Shown: positions 39,725 through 53,270, counted from the stretch's first letter. The stretch is DNA of 64,000 nucleotides from Paraspadella gotoi (GCA_051294375.1 CM119270.1:16923904-16987903); one strand, 5' to 3'. Notes: generated by a model not told the origin, from the letters alone. A program made the numbers and translations.

Positions 39725-41693
39725 ATGGCACCGCTCTTCTCCAAGATGACATCGTCGCCCACCAATTCACTCGCCCCGCCGTCCGCGGGTGAGGACGGGA
39801 CGGGATGTGGGGAGTTGGGTAGGAATATTTAAGTGTATGCAGTATGCACGTCATATGATATAGATTAAAAAACAATTTTAACAAACAAATTCAATTTACA
39901 AAGTGTACTTGTTAATACGTACGTAGAATTACGGACGAAAAAAATATGATCTTAAATCAATTTTTGGCTCCCAAATTTGGCCTAAGGTGAATTCGGAGTC
40001 CAAAGTTCATGTGAGATTATCTCCTTCCAAAGTCCAGATCTCGTCTCTTCTGATTGTCAAGCGTCGCGAGAGATTATAACCTTTCGTCTGCCCAAGAATT
40101 AAGGGGGGAAAAAACAACTTTAGAGATTTCACAAGGTCACGAAACAAATAAGGACTGTTTTATCCGAGCTCACTTTTATCAGGCATAAGCTTCGATGGCG
40201 CGGAGACTTCGCCAATCGCCGCGTCGACTCAAGATCCTCTCGCGACGACGACCAACACGACGACGACGACCGATCTCCAGGATCACTTGGAATCGGCCGC
40301 CAACGCCGCCGTCTCTGCCACCGCCTCTGGTTCGTCGAAATATTTTATATTATGATGTTACCAGGACAATTAGATTCATCTGTTTCTATTTCCACAGTGC
40401 TAATGGGATCTTCGATGGGAAAGTGCGTAGTTTGCGGCGGAAGTGGATCCGCCGCCGACAGCGCCGACGCTAACGGATCTTCGACTCAATCGGCAATCAA
40501 GGTTCTTTTCTTCGCTCGTTTTTAGTCGGATCTGCTTATCAGCAGATCCCGACTCTATAATTCACTTTGTCGGTCCGTCGGTCCGCCCCCTCAATATTGT
40601 CGGGCACTAACGTATATCATGTCAGAACATCGAATTATGATAAATTATGCAAAAAAAATTATATCTGTCCGTCCGTCCGTCCGTGTGTCTGTCCGTCCGT
40701 CCGTCCCACCTTAAGCAAAAAACACCAATTACTCGTGATTGGATGGATGGATTTGAATGAAATTTTGTGTGTGGAAGGTAAGTTTGTGATTGAGCTGGAT
40801 ATGAAGTTTCGATGGAATCGTCCGAGTGGAAATGAGTTTAAATGGAAAAAACCAAAAAATATATTCACTATTTGAACACCAATTGCTCATGAGTGGATGG
40901 GTTGATTGACCTGGAATTTTGTATGTGGGTAGGAAAGTGTGTGATTGAACAGTAAATCAAGTTTCGATGGAATAGTTTGAGTGGAAATGAGTTTAAATGG
41001 AAAAAAACAAAAAACCTGTTTTATTAATTGATTATGCTTCTTTTTCCTTTTATATTAAATGTATTTGCAGGATGTATTAATAAATCAAATAATTAATCAG
41101 TTAATTAATCAATAAGTAAATAAATTAATCAATAATTAATTAGTCAATCAATCCGTCCATCCGTCCCACCTTAGCAAAAAGCTCCAATAACTCGTGATTG
41201 GTTGGTTGGATTGGAATTAAATTTTGTGTGTGGGTAGGAAAAGTGTCTGATAAAGCTGGATATAAAGTTTTGATGGAATCGTGTGCGTGGAAATTAGTTT
41301 AAATAGAAAAAACATAAGTCGTATTTACTAAAATCTTTTTATTTATTTTTACCAATAAATACTCTAATTAATCATAATTGGATGGATAGATTGAGTTGAA
41401 ATTTTGTGTGTGGGTAGGAAAATGTGTGACGAAGCTTGATATAAAGTTTCGGTGGAAACGTACCAGTGGAAATGAGTTAATTAAAAAAATATGAGTCACA
41501 TTTACTTGAATCTTTTAATTTATTTTAACCCATGATAGATTAAGATGAAATTTTGTGAGCCGGTAGGAAAGTGAGTGAAGAAGCTAGATATAAAGTTTTG
41601 ACGGAATGCAAGTTAAAAAAATTATTCAAGTTGAAAAAATGATGCAAGTTAAAAAAATCTTAAAAGCATAAGGATCGTCGCAATTGCATAAAA

Positions 41694-41725
<32 letters not shown>

Positions 41726-44700
41726 TGAGAGAGAGAGACAGAGAGAGTGAGAGAGAAAGAGAGAGAGAAAAGGAGACATAAAATAAAATAGAGGATATTT
41801 GTTTGTTTTGATAAAATGTAAACAAAACATTTAATAACTGTCCTGACTCAATTTTAAGGACATCGATGATGACAAGCTGAATATAAATTATAATTAATTA
41901 TTAAAATTAATTAATTAATCTATTAATTAATTAATTATCGTAGGCAGATCCGACATTGTTTGCTCAAACTTGTTCTTTTCCTTTTGGGTTTGACTTAATT
42001 TAAACATCCAGCTTCCCAACTTTGTTCGTAAGGTGCTGGCCTGCTGTCACTGCATCTGCCTTCAATGCCTGGACATGGAGCTCGCTCACTCGGTCTCCTT
42101 GGACAAGGTCGTCTGCCCACAATGTCTTCAAGTTTCCGGCTCCGGTAAAACCACTACATATAGCGAATATATATAATTATATATATATCCGCATCACATT
42201 TATGACGAAGATTGTTTGTTGAGATTGGCCGATTACGATTCACTAAGGATACCCATAAATCTTAATCCATAATTACGCGTCCGATTTATTTTCCTCAGAC
42301 AAAGACGCTGACTCGATCTTCATGAATGGACACGCCTCTGGCTCATCGGAGGCGACCTCGTCCGCCAGCACGTCAGGTCAGTTTTATTATTATTTCTTTT
42401 CTCCCATTTTTTCTTTTTTTCGCTCTCCTCTCCTGTCCCCTTTCTCCCCCGCTGCGATTCCCTCGTAAAATAAATGATCCTTTGTCTCTGCTTCGTCAGC
42501 ATATTGTTCCGCTTCTTCGTCGGCCGTTCTCGACGTTTCGTCGGGATCCTCGGCCTCCGGCGTCAGCCTCTCCACCACCGGAACCGTTGGCACGCCCTCC
42601 TCCCCTTACTCGCCCTCATCCGGCAACGCTCCCGGTGAGTCGCCGCACTGCGTGATTTTCTAAAAAAACACCTCCAGGTTAACGCCCTCCTCCTTCCTCT
42701 CCCTGCCTATCTCATACACACTGCCTGATTTTATAAAAAGACCTCCAGGTTAACGACCTGCGCCTTCCTCTCCTTCCCTGGGGGGGTCATAGTTATAAAT
42801 ACGAATTTATGCGGAGCTGATTTAATCGTCTCGGGTATATGCTAGAGTTTTTTCTTTACCTAATAATAGAATATAATATTTGGCATAAAGATAAAATTAT
42901 TAAACAAGTGTCAATTTTTTTACTTTGTTGTAACATTTGGGTCGTCATTCCGACTGAAAAAAAATAAAATAAAATTTGACAGTGAGGATGATTAATTAGA
43001 ATTTATATAACTATATATTTCAAATTTGGTATTTTTTGATTACTGAATTCAAATTTCTCAGGCCCCCACTGCACGGGATGCAAAAGCAAAGAGCACAACG
43101 CCGTGGCGAGGTGCTACGACTGTTCCAACCTCCTGTGCCCCAACTGCGTGATGGCTCACCAATTCATGCACTGCTTCGAGGGACACAGGGTCGTTTCTCT
43201 CACCGGCGACGGTGCCAACGGTGAGTCACCTCCAAGTTCACTTCGAGGCTAGATTCTTAATTGTTCCTTTGTTGTGAAATGCTTGGTATACTTTTGATTA
43301 ACAGTTATAACGATTAAAAGCGTTCCGTTGTTTTGTGATGGAGGATCGGAGACAGAAGAGCGAGTTATATATATAATTCGGTGCATTTCTTCCCTCAGGC
43401 TTGGCATCGTTGGACGAAGCGCTTTTGGCGTCGCTGGCGGCGACAGTCAACGGTCAGCTCGGCGCCGCCGCCGCCATCGCCGCCACCAGGATGCATCAAA
43501 ACTCTAGTCCCATCCCTAGTTCGAGCTCTGGTAAGGATTTTCACTTGTCTTAGTTTAATCTCCTCGATCTATTTCGCGCTCGTTTTCTTTTCAACTTTCC
43601 TCTTTCTCATTTCCAGGCAATTCCTCCCACTTGCTGTCGTCTCCCACTATGGATCCTACGCAACTTCTCAACGGGATCCGTTCGGAAACGAGCCTCGCTC
43701 CCGGTACGGCGCATGCCGAGCCGAAGCCCGACGGCTCGAAATCCTAATTAAAATCCTTTTATCTTTTTTCAAGGCGGCCCCGTCTCCGGACACTCCAACG
43801 GAAACGGCCATTCGCCCAACTCCTCCTCCGGGGAATCCGGGGTTCTCACCTCACCCGTCTCGCAAGGAGGTAATTTTATTTTTGTGAGAATTTTCTGAAA
43901 TTTCAACGGTTTCCATTCTAAACTCTCATCCGCTCCAAAATTTTTTTCCAGCTCCCGCGAAACTCTTCAACTGCCCCCGCCACAAGGGAGAGTCGCTCAA
44001 GTACTTTTGCTTCAGCTGCGACTACCCGATCTGCAAGGAGTGCGTGATGTCGGAGCACGGGAAGGGACACGAGTACGACCTGCTCAGCGAAGTGGGCGCC
44101 AAGGAGCTTGAGCGCATTCAGAATCTGGTGGAGGAGGCCAAGGGAAAGGCTCAAGGTTAGGCGTGGTTGATTGATCTACAAATGAGCCTCAATTTCTTAC
44201 GCCTCTTCGTACTTTTTCTTTCATAGATCTCAGAGGGTACGTGAAAAGCGCGGAGCACGCCTGCTCGCGGCTGCAGCTTCAGTACCACAAAGCTCAAAAC
44301 GACGTTAACGAGACCCACACCTTCTACAGGTACCGAGCTGAAATTCGTTTGTACAAATTTTGCCATCTTCTTGATAGTATTACAATCTTTCAATTGGCTT
44401 TTTGATCCCAGGTCAATGCTGGACGAACGGAAACTGGAGGCAATGAAGGAATTGGATTCTATTCTCAGTTCTCGACAGGTGAACTCTCACAACTCGGATA
44501 TGCTCACCTTTAGAATTATAATTAGTATATTACAAATTTTGGTATCCGTGTCCCTATCGCTTCCAGGTTAACTTCGCATCGGTTGCTCAACGTGTCCAGG
44601 AGGCGTCGGACAAACTTTTCCAGACGACGGACTTTGTTGAGAGGCTTATGAAACAAGCTTCCGCCGGAGAGGTTGACCTCAACATTTAATTATTATTAAG

Positions 44701-47631
44701 ATTTGGAGAGTCGTTAAAACTTTATACACGCCTATAAGCGGCAAAAGTTTAAATGATCAAAACTGATACTCTCCTAGGTTCTACTCTTCAAAAAGACCCT
44801 TACATCTCGTCTATGCAACCTGATCAATTTTTCTAACGAGGTGCCGCTTCCCAGCAACACCGACATCGAATTCATCTCAAACTTTCAGGCCATTCAGGTA
44901 CCGAGTAGCTTGATATTAGGTGCAAAAATATTTAGTAATTATAAGGGAAGATTTTGATAAAAGATTTAAAAAAATTTAATTATGTTGTCCTTTGAATTAT
45001 TATTTAGTAATTCTTTCTGACAGATCGGTGTTCGTAACACCTACGGCTACATCCGTCAGGGTGACTCGCATCCGACCAACCCCGCGGGTCTAGCCGCCTC
45101 CAAGCCTGGGATGGGAATTCCTCCTGGTAAAGTCTCAATTTGTATGCGGATTTTCCCCAATTGGTTATAATTCATATGAATTTTATTTAAACACTTCTCT
45201 CAGGCGCGAACTCCGTGGGTGGAATCCCGCCCAACTCAATGGCAGTTCGCCCCTCGGCTTCTCCAGCGGGTCTGGCGGCGGCAGCGGCGCAGTTGGCGCT
45301 GGAACAGCAGCACCATCATCACGGGAGGGCAGCGGCGGACGCCTTAGCCGTCGCTACGCTCAGTGCCGCGGGTTAGTAGCGGGATATTATTTGTCAATTT
45401 TTTTTATGTAAGATTTTATTTTATTTTTATGATTTTTATGATTTTTTTTACTTAGTGGGGAATTTATTTCGTTCTTGATTCACCTAAGAGTGAGAAAATT
45501 CCTTTCATATCTTAAGCGTCAAATTGGTATGCGAAGTTAATAACGAGGCAGAAAACTTTAGCTTATTTGCTTGAAACGAAGAAAATGGGTCGGAGATGAA
45601 AGACGCCCATTAAGGCCATTCGGGCTTTTTTTCTCTGGAAAATTATTCGTTTAAGGTACAGGATCGCCGTCCCCTGTTTTACATAATTTCTTTATGAAGA
45701 GAGGACCGAAGGGGAGAGTGGGTTGCGGGTAGGGGATGAACCTTTTTGTCCCGGGCCCCTTGACTTTTTACAGTTAACATTAAACCAGGTTTTTTCGGCT
45801 TTGATGAATTCTTTTGAAACTAGTTTGATGGTCTTGTGGTGAATGTTGTTTAAAATTCTGTTAATTTTTAGAGGAGCTTGAAGGGGGTGACCGGGAACAA
45901 AAGATAATAACGTCCGTCGTGCGTTATTCACGGCACATCTTTCCAATATGCATCGCTTTTTTTGTCTCTCCTTTACCATTGAAGCCGGAGCCCCGCCAAA
46001 TTTCGCCGGACAGATCGCCGGCCTCGAGGCGATCGCCGCCGCCGGCCAATCCAATGGCCTCGTCGCCGGCCAACCTAACGGTCTCCCCAACGGGAACTTT
46101 GGCGTCTCGCCCTCCGGTAAGCGGCTGGAGTAAAGAAAATAACGGTCGATGATCCAACTTATCTTAGCTAATCTATAACTCATGTAAACTTTCCGTACTA
46201 AAGGTGTCGGAGGCCCCGCGCTGATTGGTGGCGGCTACGAGAAGTGGTCTTCGGCCGGTGCGGATCTGGGCATCGTCAATCCAGGTTCCTTCCGTTCGCT
46301 TTACGACAATTCGCCGATGTCTTCAATGAGATTCTCCTCGTATTTCAGGCGACCTCCTTCAACAACTCCAAGCCGGGGGAAATTCCGATCCGATCGTCGA
46401 CCTCACCTCCAAACTGATCTCGGCTAACATTTACCCTCCCAAGAGTCAGGTAGGCCTATTTACATATTCATATAACGACGTTAATCAAATCACAATCCGA
46501 TCGAACCATTTTTATTCCCTTTCGATCACAGATAAAACGTCAGAAGATGATCTACCACTGCAAGTTCGGCGAGTTCGGGGTCATGGAGGGTCAGTTCACG
46601 GAACCCTCCGGCGTCGCAGTGAACGCGCAGAACGACATCGTTGTCGCGGACACCAACAATCACAGGATCCAGGTTGCTAAATCGGATTAGCCTTTCGATC
46701 AATTTATTACTTCTTTAATTTAGTCATTCATCCCCCTCTCACTTTTGCTCGTCGTCTTTCTCAGATCTTCGACAAAGAGGGTCGTTTCAAGTTTCAATTC
46801 GGTGAATGCGGGAAACGCGACGGTCAACTCTTGTATCCGAACCGCGTGGCCGTCGTCAAGCCCTCGGGCGACATCATCGTCACGGAGCGCTCGCCGACGC
46901 ACCAGATTCAGATCTATAACCAGGTATTCGGTTCAATTATATTATTGCTTGATGTTTAGTTATGCTATGTTAGTTTGGCCATGAAAAACTTAGTAAGTAC
47001 ACAACAAATCAAACCCTAATCCTTCCACCCTCTCAACAACCCCGCTTCCAATTGGCAGTACGGTCAATTCGTGCGCAAGTTCGGCGCCAATATTCTCCAA
47101 CACCCCCGCGGCGTCACCGTCGACGTCAAGGGTCGCATCATCATCGTGGAGTGCAAAGTGATGCGCGTGATCATCTTCGACCAAATGGGCAACGTCCTCT
47201 CCAAGTTCGGCTGCTCCAAGCATCTCGAGTTCCCCAACGGGGTCGTCGTCAACGACAGGCAGGAGATCTTTATCTCCGACAACAGAGCTCACTGTGTCAA
47301 GGTGTAAAGAAGATTTGGGAGGGAAGGGGGAAATGGTCGAATCTCGCGTCGCTTTCACATCCAACCCACTTCAGTCTTCACTTACTCCCTTTTCCGCTCA
47401 ACCCAGGTCTTCAATTACGAGGGTCAGTTCCTCCGCCAAGTGGGTGGAGAGGGGATCACCAACTACCCCATCGGCGTCGGCATCAATTCTGCCGGCGAGA
47501 TCCTCATCGCCGACAATCACAACAACTTTAATTTGACCATCTTCACGCAGGACGGTCAGCTGGTCAACGCTTTGGAGTCGAAGGTATCGAGAAATTAAAT
47601 CCCTGCTTTTTCTCTTTCGTCTTTGCGCACA

Positions 47632-47708
<77 letters not shown>

Positions 47709-47862
47709 TTACCACGGCTTTCCCTCCTTGGTTCGCCTCCAGGTAAAACACGCCCAGTGTTTTGACGTATCGTTGATGGACGACGGGACCATCGTCCTCG
47801 CCTCCAAGGATTATCGAATTTATCTCTACCGTTACATCCAACTCCCTGGCATCGGGATGTGA
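39725..47862 (+). CDS. brat: Brain tumor / NCL-1 TRIM-NHL protein (RING, two B-boxes, coiled coil, NHL repeats), 25 coding exons
   Basis: B-box1 CTGCKSKEHNAVARCYDCSNLLCPNCVMAHQFMHCFEGH (43062-43221); B-box2 CPRHKGESLKYFCFSCDYPICKECVMSEHGKGH. The NHL region IKRQKMIYHCKFGEFGVMEGQFTEPSGVAVNAQNDIVVADTNNHRIQ...KHAQCFDVSLMDDGTIVLASKDYRIYLYRYIQLPGIGM* is close to Brat as I recall it. Start ATG at 39725 is inferred; a likely UTR intron spans 38841-38937. Confidence 0.95.
40519..41974 (+). mobile_element. Non-autonomous Helentron-associated element (HINE / DINE-1-like) in brat intron 3
   Basis: 5' T-run; subterminal inverted repeat GTCGGATCTGC (40525-40535) with a nearby inverted copy GCAGATCCCGAC (40542-40553); (GTCC)n microsatellite at about 40666-40705; five diverged 150-190 nt internal tandem units; 3' subTIR GCAGATCCGAC (41944-41954) followed by palindrome GTTTG-CT-CAAAC (41958-41969) and TT. 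Confidence 0.85.
42646..42780 (+). repeat. Imperfect 73-nt-period direct duplication in a brat intron
   Basis: CACTGCsTGATTTT...ACCTCCAGGTTAACG...CCTTCCTCTCC occurs at 42646 and 42719. Confidence 0.75.
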
Positions 47863-50800
47863 AAGGAGGAGGCGTAGGCGACTGAGGCGGCCGGAGAGAG
47901 AAAGAGAGAGAGAGGGCGTTCCAGTCGTCGTCAAAACCCGTCTCGTCTCGAATAAGCTTTTTTTTTTTCCCCCAATTCGGGCGGCCAATCAAGACGACGT
48001 GAGGTTTTGCCCGTTGGCAACGAAGACGGGGAAACTACCCTCAAGCGACCAGGGGCAACTATTATACCCCGGCCTCGAGATTCTTCGCCCTTCCCCCCCC
48101 CCACCCTATCCCATGAATTTCCTATTCTTCGCTCTCGCCGTTTTCTCAAAGAATTACCCGTCTTTCTTTCTAGTCAAGGATTTTTTTTTCCTGGTTATCT
48201 CAAAATTCACCGGCAAACTTTGATCGGTTTAATTTTTTTTCGCTCTTTAAATTTCTACATATAAATTATTTGTGCGCTCGTTATCAATTACTATTACAAT
48301 TAATGTTATTAATTATTATCAGTTTTCGCGAGAATCTTCTTCTCGCTTTTTATTATTATTACTATAAATTTTCGTCAAAGTTAAAAATACCCGACTAAAA
48401 GTTTTTATAACCGCTTTTCTTACTGAATCTTTTTAAAAACAAGCTTTTTTGCTTATTTATTCGTTGTTGCCCCTGATCCTACCTATTTTAAGAGTATATA
48501 GACGTTCGTGTTACGGCTTTCACCCGTTGTTTTTTTTTTTAATTTTTTGTTTATTTACGGTTTTGTTTGTTTTCGGTTTTTAATGATTCAGTGCGTGGAA
48601 TGTGTGTAATTTAAAAAAAACAGGAAATTCTCTTTTCTCCTTTTCTTTTCAATTCTTGTGACATGGTCATCCTCATTATTACTTATTAACTTTCTTTTCG
48701 ATTACTGCAGCTTTTGTTAATAATCACTGAATATCTTTGCTCTCTTTCTCTTTCCTAACCCTCTTATCAATTCGGTCGATTACACGGCGATTCCACGAAA
48801 CTCGATATAGGTGTCTAGTATCCCTTAGCCCATTTTGAGTATCAGTGGCTTTGAGAATCAACTAATCTATGGTGCGCATTGAATTTGGGGGGTCTCGTTC
48901 CTTCGCCATGTTTTCTTTCTCCGTTCTGACGAGAGGGATTCGATTCTTTTTTTTTGTTTTGCCCACACCAGACAGGTTCTTTTCAGAATTTTCTTAGGCT
49001 TTATTCTTTTCTCCAGACAGATATAATAAATTTTTGTTAGTTTCAATTTATTTTTATAATGAGTCGAAAACTCGGAAAAGCTCTTCGTCTGTGACCGTGG
49101 AAATTCCCCCCTCGCCGGTGTGGTCCGCTGTTAAGCCTTGTTACGTTTTTCTATATATATCTTTCAATAAACAAGTTACTGTTTCCGTTATTTTAAATTA
49201 TCGTTATTTTAATTCGTTATTTTCTTGGAACGCCTAAGATTTAGTTTTACACTACTCTACGACTACCAAATTATAGTTTTTAATAAATCAATTCTTTGAA
49301 AATGTGAAAATCTGAACGCTTGCTTTTCGTTTGTTCACTTCTTGCTCGAGTAAATTAGGGGAAAAAAAAAGAAAATTAAGTTTTCAAAACGTCAAATTTA
49401 TATCACTCCACTTGACTTTGACTTTGACAGAAAAGCACGAAATGAACAAATAATTTTAACAAATGCTTTATAATTAATACTAGACAAACTTTTTGAAAAG
49501 AAAAAAAAATTTCCACATAGTCCGATTGTTACGAAGCGGAAAACACGGCGAAGCTTAGCTCATCTCAAACCTTCTTCTCTTTCCAACGTTGGTGCCTCAA
49601 CTCAACTTTATCATAAGATGAATATTAAAATATTGGTTGTACCAATTTCATAAATGTCAATCGATCATCGTCGGCTTCGTTGGAGCGAATCGAGATTTGG
49701 TGTTGAGCGCTTCTCGTTTTCTTTTCCGCCAATTTCATTCATATCTAACTCTTAACTCTTAAGCGCGTATTTGCACTTTTCATATTGTTGCTGGAGCACT
49801 CGGCCCTTCTCGCCTTTCCCCCTCGTACTGTTTTGTACGCCGGGATTCGCGCGGCCAAGATTTTTAATCCTCTCGTTTTAATTTACAATAGTAGCTTTTT
49901 AACGCGGTATCTTTGTAATTGTATTTGAGTAATTTTCTTTTTATACCGGTTTTAAAAACAAAAATTAAAACATTATTATTATAAAAACCATTTTGCCCGT
50001 GCGTTTGTGGTTTTCGATCGTAATTTTGGTTTATTGAAAAAAAGTCGCCTTTTTATAGAAACTTTATCGCACCCAGACTAGATCTTGTTTTAACCCCGAG
50101 TTTATTATTTTTGTTATTTTCTAATCGTAATCGTATTATCATCATTATAATTGTTAACTTTTATTTTTTGTGCTACAGCTGTTAGAAGGTAAATTTAATC
50201 CAAGCTCTAGTTGTTTATGGTAGATGATGTCAATTATTGTTATTTAGTAGATTTCTTCACAAATGGTAAATTGTTTCTTAGTTAACGATAATAACAATAT
50301 TAATTTCAATAAAAAAATTGATTTCAGTCAAAAAAGAATCAAAAGGTTTTTAATAACTTTCTAAAAAAACCTTATCCGTCATTTCATTAACTTTTTTATT
50401 TAATCCTTAGGGACCTGCATTATGATATAATGGATTTATATTTATTTTTCTATATAAAGGCAACCAATCCTTCAAACATTTTAATTAATTTTAGAAATAA
50501 TTATAAAGAAATTTTCTTTATATTTTCTTTTATTCTCCCTGAAACTGGGATGGAGCTTGAAGCGAGTGAAAGTTTTAAAAAAACTTTGTAAACGCTATAG
50601 CTTACTTTTCTTATATTTTTCTTATATAATTGAGAAATTAAGTTCTTTTGAAATATTTGAAAAGTACAAAGATATTTAGATAAAGAACTAGGCGCACGGT
50701 GCTTTTTAGATTTAGTTTCATTTATTTTTCCAGTTCTTTCTACGCTTCGATTCCCTGCGCGTTTTGAGAATATAACCTTTAGATTTTGAACTGTAAAAGT

Positions 50801-52388
50801 CGAATCACAATTGATCGTAAAAATATATATATATATCTGCATAGAATCTCTTGTAAAATGCATCTTTTTCATTTTCGGATGCAAATGTAGACTCGTTGAT
50901 TTTTTTCTAATACTCTTAATTTTAGAGCTGTCAATAAAGTTACTTTTGGAATGCTGTACGATCTTTTATTGATAAATCGATTACTGTATTGGAGTTAATG
51001 GTGATTAAAAATTAGAAAATTAAACCACCAGAGTTTCTTGTTTTTAATGATACAAAGGTGTTTTTAGCCTGCTGTAGTCCTTTTTTAGCTGACTGATTCG
51101 TTCTGTTATCCTTAAATTTTATTTTTAGTAGTTTATAATTTAAAATTGTGGTGATTAGAGGAGAAAAAAATGTTTAAAATGTGATGTTGAATCACTCATT
51201 ATCCCCTTAACCTCGTGTATACGTTTAATCACTCGCAGATTTTTAATTTTATTCGTCAGTTATTTTTTTTGTTTTTTTTTTAATGCAACACAAAAGTTAA
51301 AAATTAATCTTTTTTAAAAATAACACAAACAATTCCAAGCGAATTCATGTCTCACATTTGTTCGTTGTTAGCCTTTTTAGACATAGTTGTGTTTTTAATC
51401 TTCTTTTTGCTCTGTCGAACAGGTTATCAATAAAATAGCCAGTCTCGTTATCTAGTAAGTTTCCCTTCCCTCATTTATTTTTTTATCTTGTTTCTAAGAA
51501 CGAGACGCCCTAACAGTTCCGTTAAAGTTAAAGAAGAAATACTCGAAAGGAGAATCATGACAATCTTTTTTTATTAAATGAATAAAACGTATTTTTTAAT
51601 ACACTCGCCTTCCCTCCCGTCAACACTCCCCTTCTTTTCATTTGTTGTTGTTGAAAGCTTCGTGTATGATCATTCGGTCTTCAAAAAATGTAATTGTTTT
51701 TTTTAAGTAATATTCGGTTCCTAATTCGGTAATGGAGCGACTCACGCATTGATGCAGGAGGCTAGGTTTTATAATTTTTTGTAATCTTTTTCAAAACTGT
51801 CATATGCGCATGCATCAATGTCGAAAAAGGTTCTGTTAAGCATAATATTGAGAGAATATTTTTATATCATAGCGTTATGATTACAGCTTACGATATATAT
51901 GTAATCTTTTATTGTTAATCGCATTCTTTTTAACGACATTAAATTAGGCCAACTATTAAAGAATGGACTTTATTTTCCCAGGCGCAGTGATCTAATTATC
52001 CCTTAATTCTTTTTTTACCCCCCTGTATTTTTTCAGTATTTACCTTCAATCACCACAAGTCCATACAAATAAATTCCCACGAAAAAAATTATTAATGGTG
52101 TTTTGTGCTTTATTTGCTTGCATATTCAAAGCCTAATCTGTTAAACTTCTGTTATTTATTTCCTTTACAAATATGTTATTACGTGTTATACTTTTTGTTT
52201 TTAAATAGCAGTAGGAACATATTTTACCCGAAACAAATTTCAAATAAAACGTTAATCAATTGTTTGATTGGTCGATAAGGAAAAAAAAATTGTTCTGGTT
52301 CCTGTTCATAGCAGCTTCTTTTTCTTTGACAGTTCCTGAAATTAAAAAAAGTGAAAGAAAGACGACGTTCCATCTCCCAAAAAAAAAA

Positions 52389-53073
52389 ATGGATTCAAAG
52401 TTCATATTGCCACTGGCCTTATTTTTGCTGGCATACGTTCAATCCTCACAAGGTTTGTACGAAAAATAAAACTAATCAAAGGTTCACTGTTCATATGAAA
52501 GAATCATTTTACTTATTTTAGGGATTAAATGCTACGAGTGCTATCCCAATAAGGATACAGACTGTGAAACAGAAAATTGGTCTAAGGTCGATTGCGAGGG
52601 AGGACAAGACGCCTATTGTAGGTACGAGCAGAATCTTTCTTGTATTGAATAATGCATATTGATTGATAAACGTTTGTTTGCTCGTTTACCCAATTGTAAT
52701 AATAGTTGTTCTGAATAAAAATCATAAGATGCTGACGGTTTTTCTCAAATGACAATCAAATCTCTTTTTCAGAAAAATGAGGCAAAATGTTTTGGGTAAA
52801 GTTCAAGTGGTTCGTCAGTGCGGTAAGGCCAAAGGGGGAAAAGAAAAGCTCTCCTACGCCACTGCCAACGATTACGTCAAGGTGTGAGCCACGAAAACTT
52901 ATCTTGTCTGGGCTTTCTCGTATCTTGACCTTAATACGTCGCGACCCTTACTCTTGCTTCAGGCGACCGTGTATCATTGCTCCGATGGTGACTTTTGCAA
53001 CGCTGGGGGTCGATCTGCCGTCTCGGGGATTTTTTTCGTCTTCGCCCTCATCCTCGCCGCCTACTTCCGGTGA
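52389..53073 (+). CDS. GPI-anchored Ly6/uPAR three-finger protein (crooked/quiver-like family), 4 exons
   Basis: Exons 52389-52452, 52522-52621, 52773-52881 and 52963-53073 give signal peptide MDSKFILPLALFLLAYVQSSQG, IKCYEC...C...DC...YCRKMRQNV...VVRQC...HCSDGDFCN, and a hydrophobic GPI signal ending IFFVFALILAAYFR*. Confidence 0.9.
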
Positions 53074-53270
53074 AGAGAAGGCTTCGCGACTGATGCTCGG
53101 TTTACCCGGAAATGCGCGAGCGCGCGCTGCGTCTGTTTCGACGCAATGAGATGCAGACAATCGTCCGATAAGTGTACTTCGATATAGAACTTTATGGGTG
53201 GGCGTGTATTGATTAAAGACAGCTTTTTTCATCAATTTCGACGTTAAATGTTAGTTTATACATGACGCGG

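Noticed and set aside
40720-41610. Regularly spaced repeats suggesting a CRISPR-like array
   Set aside because: Units are long diverged tandem copies without unique spacers, inside a Helentron-type element in a eukaryotic intron; no cas genes.
48478-48486. let-7 site in the brat 3' region (ncl-1 is linked to let-7 in C. elegans)
   Set aside because: The sequence is CTACCTA, not the seed match CTACCTC.
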